From the NCBI GenBank assembly GCA_045568075.1, contig JBJLBP010000001.1, positions 1,440,001-1,472,000 on the forward strand: a stretch of 32,000 nucleotides of DNA, in the 5' to 3' direction. The first letter of the stretch is position 1. Each line of letters begins with the position of its first letter. Below the pieces are notes generated by a model. That model saw only the letters and a program-made list of their open reading frames with translations, was not told where the DNA came from and did not search any database. Shown here in pieces: positions 25,548-32,000 of this stretch. Origin of the DNA: Candidatus Thalassarchaeaceae archaeon. Lineage in GTDB: Archaea; Thermoplasmatota; Poseidoniia; Poseidoniales; Thalassarchaeaceae. The translations under genes were made by a program, and so were the position numbers.

Positions 25548-26663
25548 ATGAGTCGTATTGAAGGACTCACGCCCAAAGGGCGTGCCATGAGAGAGCCAAC
25601 GACCGGGGCACGTGCCTGGCTGACTCTCACTAAACCAGGAGTCGTAGTGCTGCTACAGGTAACCGCTCTTTGTGCGGTTCTATGCCATGATATGCTCGCT
25701 GCTGGTGGGTTTTCTGGAATGAATTGGGGTGACTCGGCTCAGACTATGGCGGTCGTCTTTGTTGGAGGATATCTGACCGCCGGCGGAGCGAATTCGATCA
25801 ATATGTGGTATGACCGGGATATCGACCCAATCATGGCTCGGACGGCTAATAGACCAATTCCGACTGGAGCGATTAGTGCTAATGCAGCGCTTGCCTTTGG
25901 TGTATTGATATCAATCGCCGGCGTGGCATGGTTCGTTCAATTCGGTAACGAGGTTGCTGCTTTTTGGGCGGCATTCAGTATTCTGTTCTACGTCTTCATT
26001 TACTCGATGTGGTTGAAGCGGAATTCTGTGCAGAATATTGTCATCGGCGGCTTAGCTGGGGCGACGCCGCCGGTAATCGGTTGGGCGGTAGCGGCTGGCG
26101 AACTCTCGATCGATACCGCCAGTGCTGAAGCCCTCGCGACTTCAGTTTTCGACCTCGGCAGTTGGATGCCGTGGTATCTCTTGATTCTGATTTTCCTTTG
26201 GACTCCTCCTCACTTCTGGGCTTTGGCCCTCTATCGTTCGGAAGAGTACGACTTGGTTGGCGTCCCGATGATGCCCGGCGTCAAAGGCGCTGACCGTACC
26301 CTCGTGGAGATGAAGGTCTACGCGATTCTGCTAGTTGTGCTGGCTCTTGCTGCTCCAATCGCGATGGGTGGAATGGACCGCCATGATACGATTTTCTATG
26401 TCTTTGGAGGAACAGCAGTTTGCGTTAACCTATGGTATGCAAGAACGGTCTTCATCATCGACCCTAACGAGCCGCGAACCGAAGCAGGACGAATTCCGAG
26501 CGCGGCTCGCAGTTTCTTCGTCTCGATGATTTACCTTGCACTCATGTTCGTAATCGTAGTCACCGCCAGTGCTGGACTTGAGGGAGCTATTCTCGGAGCA
26601 ATATTCGCAGCGACCGTGATTATCAGGGACGAGGCAAACTCCCGAAAGAAAACTGCGAATTAA
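25548..26663 (+). CDS. ctaB: Protoheme IX farnesyltransferase (heme O synthase)
   Basis: NMWYDRDIDPIMARTANRPIPTG, GGLAGATPPVIGW, WTPPHFWALAL. The ORF-track start at 25527 is TTG; candidate ATGs are at 25548 and 25584. Confidence 0.9.
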   Translation: MSRIEGLTPKGRAMREPTTGARAWLTLTKPGVVVLLQVTALCAVLCHDMLAAGGFSGMNWGDSAQTMAVVFVGGYLTAGGANSINMWYDRDIDPIMARTANRPIPTGAISANAALAFGVLISIAGVAWFVQFGNEVAAFWAAFSILFYVFIYSMWLKRNSVQNIVIGGLAGATPPVIGWAVAAGELSIDTASAEALATSVFDLGSWMPWYLLILIFLWTPPHFWALALYRSEEYDLVGVPMMPGVKGADRTLVEMKVYAILLVVLALAAPIAMGGMDRHDTIFYVFGGTAVCVNLWYARTVFIIDPNEPRTEAGRIPSAARSFFVSMIYLALMFVIVVTASAGLEGAILGAIFAATVIIRDEANSRKKTAN

Positions 26664-26732
26664 TCCTCAAAATAGATCTCCCTCGCGCACGTTTGAAGCA
26701 AATAACAGCCTCAAACCCAGAAATCCTCAAAC
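26662..26732 (+). promoter_or_regulatory. Cluster of three CCTCAAA[A/C] motifs upstream of the synthase gene, including an exact 10-mer AATCCTCAAA at 26662 and 26722
   Basis: CCTCAAAA at 26665-26672; CCTCAAAC at 26709-26716 and 26725-26732. The same 8-mer occurs twice in sense orientation upstream of the PPIase gene (as TTTTGAGG at 10811-10818 and 10832-10839). Confidence 0.4.
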
Positions 26733-26784
26733 GCCATCGCGGTCGCTCGTCGGCCGTAGTACGCAGTTCGCGCGGAGGGAGAGC

Positions 26785-28041
26785 ATGAAGGAAAAAGATC
26801 TCATCTACGATTGGAATGTCATCGATTACGAAATCGATCGCAACCCAGCCAACCATCCACACGACGTCTGGTTCGACGACGAAACTCTGCGTGACGGACT
26901 GCAAAGCCCCAGTGCACGTAATCCAACGATTGAACAGAAGATTGAACTCATTGATTACATGGAACGCCTTGGTATCCAGAAGGTCGATCTCGGCCTACCT
27001 GGTGCCGGTCCTTTCCATGTCAACCACATCGATGCGATGCTCTCCCACATGGGTGAGAATGGCTATGACTTGCGACCGGGATGTGCTGTGCGGACGGTTG
27101 TCAGTGATATTGAGCCGCTCGTTGATTTACAGGCCAAGCACGAGCGGCAAATTCAGGCGAGTGCTTTCTTGGGTACAAGTCCAATTCGGCAATATGCTGA
27201 GGGCTGGACGATGGACCGGATTCTCAGCACTGCGGAAAAAGCTGTTTCATTCGCACTCGACAACGATATTCCAGTGATGTTCGTGACTGAAGATACAACA
27301 CGATCGAAGCCTGAGGAGATCAAGGCAGTTTACACTCGCGCGCTGGAATTAGGCGCTGATCGCATCTGTGTTTGTGATACGTGTGGTCATGTAACTCCGA
27401 ATGGGGTACGAAAATTACTGGCTTTCATTCAGGATGAGGTGATACCTGATGCCGGAGTCAAGCGCCGTGACATCGAGGTGAATTGGCATGGGCATCAGGA
27501 TCGCGGCCTTGGGGTTGCGAATAATTTGGCCGCGGTCGAAGCCGGCGCTGATGTGATTCATGGAACTGCGCTCGGCGTCGGTGAGCGAGCGGGTAACGCC
27601 CCTCTCGATCAGACATTAGTCAATCTCTCGTTGATGGGGATTATCGACAATGATTTGACTGCGCTCAACGAGTACATGCGTAAGGCGCATGAATACGTCG
27701 AAGTCGCCTTGCCACGCAATTATCCGGTGTTCGGCGAAGACGCCTTCGAGACGGGTACTGGCGTTCACGCAAGCGCTGTCATAAAGGCGATGAAAAAAGG
27801 CGACCACTGGCTTGCTGATCGGGTTTATTCAGGAGTTCCTGCACAGGATTACGGTCTGCAACAAATCATTCGAATCGGCCACATGAGCGGGCGCTCGAAC
27901 ATTGTCTGGTGGCTCCAACAAAATGGCTACGAGGCTGATGATGAATTGGTTGCTCACATGTTCGAAGTGGCGAAGAGTCAGCGCCGTTTGATGAGCGATG
28001 AAGAGGTTCACGCCACCATCGCAGCCTTCCGCACCGACTGA
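26785..28041 (+). CDS. 2-isopropylmalate/homocitrate/citramalate synthase-family protein (DRE-TIM metallolyase, 418 aa, no LeuA regulatory domain)
   Basis: FDDETLRDGLQSP, CDTCGHVTP, NWHGHQDRGLGVANNLAAVEAGADVIHGTALGVGERAGNAPL. SD GGAGGG at 26774-26779. Confidence 0.8.
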   Translation: MKEKDLIYDWNVIDYEIDRNPANHPHDVWFDDETLRDGLQSPSARNPTIEQKIELIDYMERLGIQKVDLGLPGAGPFHVNHIDAMLSHMGENGYDLRPGCAVRTVVSDIEPLVDLQAKHERQIQASAFLGTSPIRQYAEGWTMDRILSTAEKAVSFALDNDIPVMFVTEDTTRSKPEEIKAVYTRALELGADRICVCDTCGHVTPNGVRKLLAFIQDEVIPDAGVKRRDIEVNWHGHQDRGLGVANNLAAVEAGADVIHGTALGVGERAGNAPLDQTLVNLSLMGIIDNDLTALNEYMRKAHEYVEVALPRNYPVFGEDAFETGTGVHASAVIKAMKKGDHWLADRVYSGVPAQDYGLQQIIRIGHMSGRSNIVWWLQQNGYEADDELVAHMFEVAKSQRRLMSDEEVHATIAAFRTD

Positions 28042-28052
28042 ATTTCTGCGAT

Positions 28053-28071
28053 GCGTATGACTGTCATACGC
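28053..28071. promoter_or_regulatory. Perfect palindrome GCGTATGAC-T-GTCATACGC between the synthase stop and the protease promoter-like motif
   Basis: Two 9-bp arms with a 1-nt spacer, read directly. It abuts the 18-mer at 28071-28088. It could be an operator or a terminator hairpin. Confidence 0.45.
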
Positions 28072-28088
28072 CGGGAACGGCTAAAACC
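28071..28088 (+). promoter_or_regulatory. Upstream motif CCGGGAACGGCTAAAACC. The TATA-like GCTAAAAC ends 23 nt before the ATG at 28111.
   Basis: Matches 16 of 18 positions with 10905-10922. The spacing to 28111 is the same as at the consensus TATA of the 14228 gene. Confidence 0.4.
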
Positions 28089-28110
28089 CCTACAAGCGCG
28101 AACAACCCTC

Positions 28111-31100
28111 ATGCGTACGGCAGCCATGCTGTTGGTCCTGATGTTGGTAAGTCCAGTAGCAGCGGCGATAGTCGACGATCAAGAAGTTCAAATTAACCTC
28201 GAGATAGACGGTGAGCCGATTCTGCCGACATACTCACTCGCCGTCCAACTTGCCTTCGATAGAGTCGAAGAATTGGATCAATACAGCGAAGACCAATTGG
28301 CTGAGACAGACGAATGGCTAGTAGTTACTCAGATTCCACTCGAGAAGCAAATCTGGTCGGTTGCGAGCCCTGAGAAGGTCAAGGCCACTTCAGTCCTACG
28401 CGGCGCTTACATCTGGACATTCGATGAGCCACTAAACGCCATTTCTGATCTCAAGGTGGCGCTCGAACTGGGCCAAATAGAATCATTCTCACCTCTCGTC
28501 GAGCGCCAGCAACACACGCGCGATAACCCAAATGACCCTGAATTGGGAGCTCAGTGGCACCTGGATAATTATGGCCAGACAAGCGGTTTGGCAGGGGAGG
28601 ATATCAACGCTACAGATATCTGGGATCATTATCGTGGTGAAGGAGTCATCATCAGCATAGTCGATGACGGGCTGGACCATGAACATCCCGATATCGAGGA
28701 CAATTACGACCCTACCTATTCCTACGATTGGTGCAATGACGACAGCGACCCAGCACCCAGTGATTGGAACGGCCACGGGACTGCTGCTGCCGGCGTCGCC
28801 GCAGCCGTAGGTAACAACTCACTCTACGTCTCCGGCGCCGCGTGGGAAGCAACCCTCGCAGGCTCAACACTCATCGCTTGTTGGGCAGGCGACAGCACCG
28901 AAGCCGATGCTCTATCATTCGAGAATGATGATATCGACATCTACTCGAATTCTTGGGGTCCTTCGGACGACGGTTCAACCCTCGCTGGACCAGGACCATT
29001 GACACTCGCAGCCTTCGAAGAAGATGCTTACTGGGGTCGCGGCGGCCTTGGCAACTCGATTACTTGGGCCGCCGGAAACGGACTTGGTAGTGACGATAAT
29101 GCCAACAAAGACGGCTACGCTAACAGCCGATTTACAATCGCCGTCACCGCTATCAATCACGAAGGTGACCAGTCATACTATGCCGAACCAGGAGCAAATA
29201 TCCTAGTTGCAGCTCACTCCAATGGTGATGGCGAAGGAATCACCACAACCGACATCACTGGAAGTGGCGGGTACAATGGCAGCGGCAATGTCACCCACAC
29301 GTTTGGAGGGACCTCAAGCGCAACACCTCTCGCCGCAGGAGTCATCGCGCTAATGTACGACGCGAACCAAGATCTCACTTGGCGCGATGTGCAGGAGATT
29401 TTGCTTCGAACAGCACGCATGAATGACCCCAACGATTCTTCTTGGAACACCAATGGCGCAGGTCATGATGTCTCGCACAAGTATGGATTCGGAGCGGTTG
29501 ACGCGGGCGCAGCAGTCTCAATGGCACTGAATTGGACTACCCTTGAGAGTGAGATGAATGCGACTTTCGGACCTTACTATGAGAATTACGACATCCCTGA
29601 TGGTAACTCCTCTTGGAGTGAATTTCCAGTCGATATTCCTCTTGAATTATCTCTTGAAAGCATCGATGTAATCGTCGATATCAATCACACATACCGCGGT
29701 GATCTCGATATCGTTCTTGTCTCTCCAGATGGCACGGAATCTTGGCTCGCTGAGAGTAATGGTGATGCTAATGATGACTTCTCAAATTGGTTGTTCAACA
29801 CCGTTCATCACTGGGGTGAATCAAGTCTTGGCGAATGGATATTGAAGGTCCGAGACGCCGGTTCAGGAGACAATGGAACTCTGAACTCATGGCAACTAAT
29901 TTTCCACGGAGTCGACATCGATTTCGATCACGACGACGATGGACTCTCTGACGAAAACGAGACTCTGATTTGGGGCACCGATCCATACGATGCAGACTCT
30001 GACGACGATGGACTCTCAGATTACGACGAAGTGATGACTCACGGCACCGACCCTCTGATGTCTGACTCGGACACCGATGGCTTGACCGACGAACAGGAAC
30101 TCAACACCTATGGCACCGACGCGCTAGATTCTGACAGCGATGACGATGGCTTGTCCGACGGCGTCGAGGTGAATTATTGGGGTACTGATCCACTCGATTA
30201 CGATGCCGACGCCGACAATGATTTGTTCTATCATTTCCAAGATTGTAACGACAATAATCCAAATGTAAATCCTGGGACTTACGAGAGATTGAATGGAATT
30301 GACGACGATTGTGATGAGGTCACAGACGAGGGCTTCAACTTCACCGATCGTGACTCCGATGGACTGAAGGATTGGCCGGAGTACCACGTTCATGGGACTG
30401 ATTTTGAAGATGATGACACTGATGATGACGGCTTGACCGACGGTGTCGAGGTGAATACTCACGGCTCGGACCCATTGACTTACGATCCCGATGCCGACTC
30501 CGATGGATTCCACTGGTTCCTTGATTGCGACGACGAGGATGAGTATCGGAATCCAGCTCTTCCAGAATTATTAGACGACAAGGACAACGATTGCGATTTA
30601 ATTGTGGATGATGGATTCTGGGATATTGATAGCGACTCAGATGGACTTGACGATTACGACGAATTCCACAATGTGACCTCTGACCCCTACGACGGCGACA
30701 CCGATGACGATGGTCTGCCTGATGGGCTCGAGGTCAATACCTACCAGTCAAATCCACTCTGGGCCGACCCCGACGATGACGGTGACGGCTGGTATTGGTT
30801 CCAGGATTGTCAGGATGATGACTCAGAGCGCGCACCGTTCTTGCCTGAGATGCTCGACTCAAAGGACAATGATTGCGATGACGAAATCGATGAGGACTTC
30901 CACGCGCGCGATAGTGACAATGATGGTCTCGGCGATTATGATGAGTACCACAACCTCTCAACCGACCCGGAAGACGCCGATTCAGACGATGACGGGATGA
31001 CTGACGGAAAGGAGATCCTCGAAACAAAGTCGAACCCTCTTGTCTTCGATCACGACCGTGATGAAGACGGATTCTATGCCTTCGAGGATTGTGAAGACCT

Positions 31101-31941
31101 CATCGAGAGCATCAACCCTGATGCGTCGGAGACATGGAATGGCTGGGATGATGACTGTAATGATGTGATAGATGATTCATTGATTCGCAGTGAAATTATT
31201 CTGACATCTCCTGAGACCTCTGAAACAATCTCCTGGGATTCGGTAAATGATACACTGCGTATCGATATTCATGGAATCCCCATTGAAGTCAGTAAGACTG
31301 TTGTCTGGGAGATTGAAGGAGTCACGCTGGCTGGAAATATGAGTGATGATGGTCAGACATTGATTCTCGAGGCAATCGATTGTGAATCGAAAGATTGGGA
31401 TCTTGCCGTGATTCTATGTAAGAATGGAGATGCATTGCGATACCTGAACGTGTCAATCACCGATTCGGGCTTCGTCACTCAGATGCAGTGGATTGTTGAT
31501 GTTGAGGTGTATATTCCACCACCGACTATCCTTGAGTCATTGTTTGCCTTCTTTGGCTCAACAGTTGGTATCGTCGTCATGCTTCTGATACTGCTGTCTG
31601 TAGTCGGCGGCGTCTCATTCGCTGGCATGAAGATGCGCGAGAACAAGATGGTCGCTGATGCCTATGCAGAATTCCGAGTCAATCAGCGCCCACCCGGTGC
31701 TGCACCCGAGCACAGAGGGGCAGAGTTGCCTTCTGCACCTGACCTCAGCGCTCTGCTGAGTCAGCACAGTCAGAATGCTCCTGCCGCGGTTGAGGAGATC
31801 CCAATGCTCGGTGCAACGGCTGTCGCCGCTGCGCCGGTTGTCGAGTCAAACCTACCTCCAATGCTTGGTGCAAGCGCAGTGGCTGAGCAGTCCATCGAAG
31901 AAACCGAGGATGAAACTGAATCCTTTGATAGTGAAGAGTGA
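28111..31941 (+). CDS. Membrane-anchored kexin-like subtilase (S8). Order of parts: signal peptide, S8 catalytic domain, P/homo-B domain, acidic repeat array, unknown beta-rich region, C-terminal TM helix, cytoplasmic tail.
   Basis: The frame opens at 28051, but MRTAAMLLVLMLVSPVAAA from 28111 is a canonical signal peptide. Catalytic triad: IVDDGLDHEHPD (Asp), NGHGTAAAGVAAA (His), GGTSSATPLAAGVIALM (Ser). P-domain: HTYRGDLDIVLVSPDGTESWL...GEWILKVRDAGSGDNGTLNSWQLIFHG. TM helix: VGIVVMLLILLSVVGGVSFAG. Confidence 0.9.
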   Translation: MRTAAMLLVLMLVSPVAAAIVDDQEVQINLEIDGEPILPTYSLAVQLAFDRVEELDQYSEDQLAETDEWLVVTQIPLEKQIWSVASPEKVKATSVLRGAYIWTFDEPLNAISDLKVALELGQIESFSPLVERQQHTRDNPNDPELGAQWHLDNYGQTSGLAGEDINATDIWDHYRGEGVIISIVDDGLDHEHPDIEDNYDPTYSYDWCNDDSDPAPSDWNGHGTAAAGVAAAVGNNSLYVSGAAWEATLAGSTLIACWAGDSTEADALSFENDDIDIYSNSWGPSDDGSTLAGPGPLTLAAFEEDAYWGRGGLGNSITWAAGNGLGSDDNANKDGYANSRFTIAVTAINHEGDQSYYAEPGANILVAAHSNGDGEGITTTDITGSGGYNGSGNVTHTFGGTSSATPLAAGVIALMYDANQDLTWRDVQEILLRTARMNDPNDSSWNTNGAGHDVSHKYGFGAVDAGAAVSMALNWTTLESEMNATFGPYYENYDIPDGNSSWSEFPVDIPLELSLESIDVIVDINHTYRGDLDIVLVSPDGTESWLAESNGDANDDFSNWLFNTVHHWGESSLGEWILKVRDAGSGDNGTLNSWQLIFHGVDIDFDHDDDGLSDENETLIWGTDPYDADSDDDGLSDYDEVMTHGTDPLMSDSDTDGLTDEQELNTYGTDALDSDSDDDGLSDGVEVNYWGTDPLDYDADADNDLFYHFQDCNDNNPNVNPGTYERLNGIDDDCDEVTDEGFNFTDRDSDGLKDWPEYHVHGTDFEDDDTDDDGLTDGVEVNTHGSDPLTYDPDADSDGFHWFLDCDDEDEYRNPALPELLDDKDNDCDLIVDDGFWDIDSDSDGLDDYDEFHNVTSDPYDGDTDDDGLPDGLEVNTYQSNPLWADPDDDGDGWYWFQDCQDDDSERAPFLPEMLDSKDNDCDDEIDEDFHARDSDNDGLGDYDEYHNLSTDPEDADSDDDGMTDGKEILETKSNPLVFDHDRDEDGFYAFEDCEDLIESINPDASETWNGWDDDCNDVIDDSLIRSEIILTSPETSETISWDSVNDTLRIDIHGIPIEVSKTVVWEIEGVTLAGNMSDDGQTLILEAIDCESKDWDLAVILCKNGDALRYLNVSITDSGFVTQMQWIVDVEVYIPPPTILESLFAFFGSTVGIVVMLLILLSVVGGVSFAGMKMRENKMVADAYAEFRVNQRPPGAAPEHRGAELPSAPDLSALLSQHSQNAPAAVEEIPMLGATAVAAAPVVESNLPPMLGASAVAEQSIEETEDETESFDSEE
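29917..31179 (+). repeat. Coding repeat array: thrombospondin-type-3-like calcium-binding repeats (DxDxDGLxDxxE...GTDP) interleaved with four 2-Cys acidic modules (DGFxxFxDCxD...P...DxDNDCDxxxDE)
   Basis: Read from the translation. There are about four super-repeats of roughly 100 aa, for example DSDDDGLSDGVEVNYWGTDPLDYDADADNDLFYHFQDCNDNNPNVNPGTYERLNGIDDDCDEVTDEGF. Confidence 0.8.
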
Positions 31942-32000
31942 ATTTTCTAGAATCGTGTGACTGAGTCTGTAATTCAGGTTCAGGTCTAATCGGCCTCTTC

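Noticed and set aside
25545-25622. Possible C/D-box sRNA, with CTGATGA at 25545 and CTGA at 25618.
   Set aside because: It lies at the start of the ctaB coding region. There are no convincing internal D' and C' boxes, and the spacing (about 78 nt) is longer than typical archaeal C/D sRNAs.
25841-25855. A third copy of the GGCTAA-type motif (GACGGCTAATAGACC).
   Set aside because: It lies inside ctaB, where it encodes the conserved ARTANRP segment. Only an 8-mer (ACGGCTAA) is shared, which is expected by chance at this sequence length.
28051-28110. The 20-codon N-terminal extension of the protease ORF (MRMTVIRRERLKPLQARTTL).
   Set aside because: The region contains the palindrome and the promoter-like 18-mer that is shared with a clearly non-coding region. 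The ATG at 28111 gives a canonical signal peptide with leaderless spacing. I cannot fully exclude 28051 as the true start.
29917-31179. Periodic acidic repeats, considered as a possible CRISPR-like or satellite array.
   Set aside because: The periodicity is at the protein level, within one open frame with a clear domain grammar. The nucleotide copies have diverged, and there is no repeat-spacer structure.

Overview
This 32-kb window looks like a chromosomal segment of an aerobic, heterotrophic archaeon. The archaeal call rests on four things I can see. There is an Rpo6/RpoK RNA-polymerase subunit gene and an NFACT/RqcH-type gene. There is a tRNA-Gln(CUG) with an A1-U72 pair. TATA-like boxes also sit 23-25 nt upstream of several start codons, which suggests leaderless mRNAs. 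A planktonic Thermoplasmatota origin (Marine Group II/III-like) is only my inference from gene content. Gene content in order: (1) a giant surface-protein gene on the minus strand (1-6126, at least 2042 codons, running off the left edge). The supplied ORF track omits it; I found it by hand translation. (2) An orphan gene coupled by a Shine-Dalgarno (SD) site to aconitase A. (3) A membrane-anchored cyclophilin. (4) korAB (2-oxoacid:ferredoxin oxidoreductase). (5) tRNA-Gln. (6) A very AT-rich islet with a small leaderless gene. (7) An aldo/keto reductase. (8) A Nudix-MBL fusion followed by an alpha/beta hydrolase. (9) An orphan carrying an HExxH motif, divergent from the NFACT gene. (10) A GNAT, tryptophan 2,3-dioxygenase and a thiolase. 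(11) rpoK-ctaA-ctaB. (12) An isopropylmalate-synthase-family gene. (13) A 1276-1296 aa membrane-anchored kexin-like subtilase with a P-domain and a long array of acidic repeats. Many ORF-track starts are GTG/TTG extensions, so I moved them to the first plausible ATG. I found no CRISPR array, transposase, integrase or recognisable defence system, and no convincing multi-gene novel 'system'. The items most worth a second look are the two giant surface proteins, the HExxH orphan, the aconitase-coupled orphan, and three recurring non-coding motifs. Those motifs are an 18-mer shared by the korAB and protease upstream regions, CCTCAAA clusters in two intergenic regions, and a perfect 19-bp palindrome. 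All domain calls come from motif recognition by eye. No searches were run.
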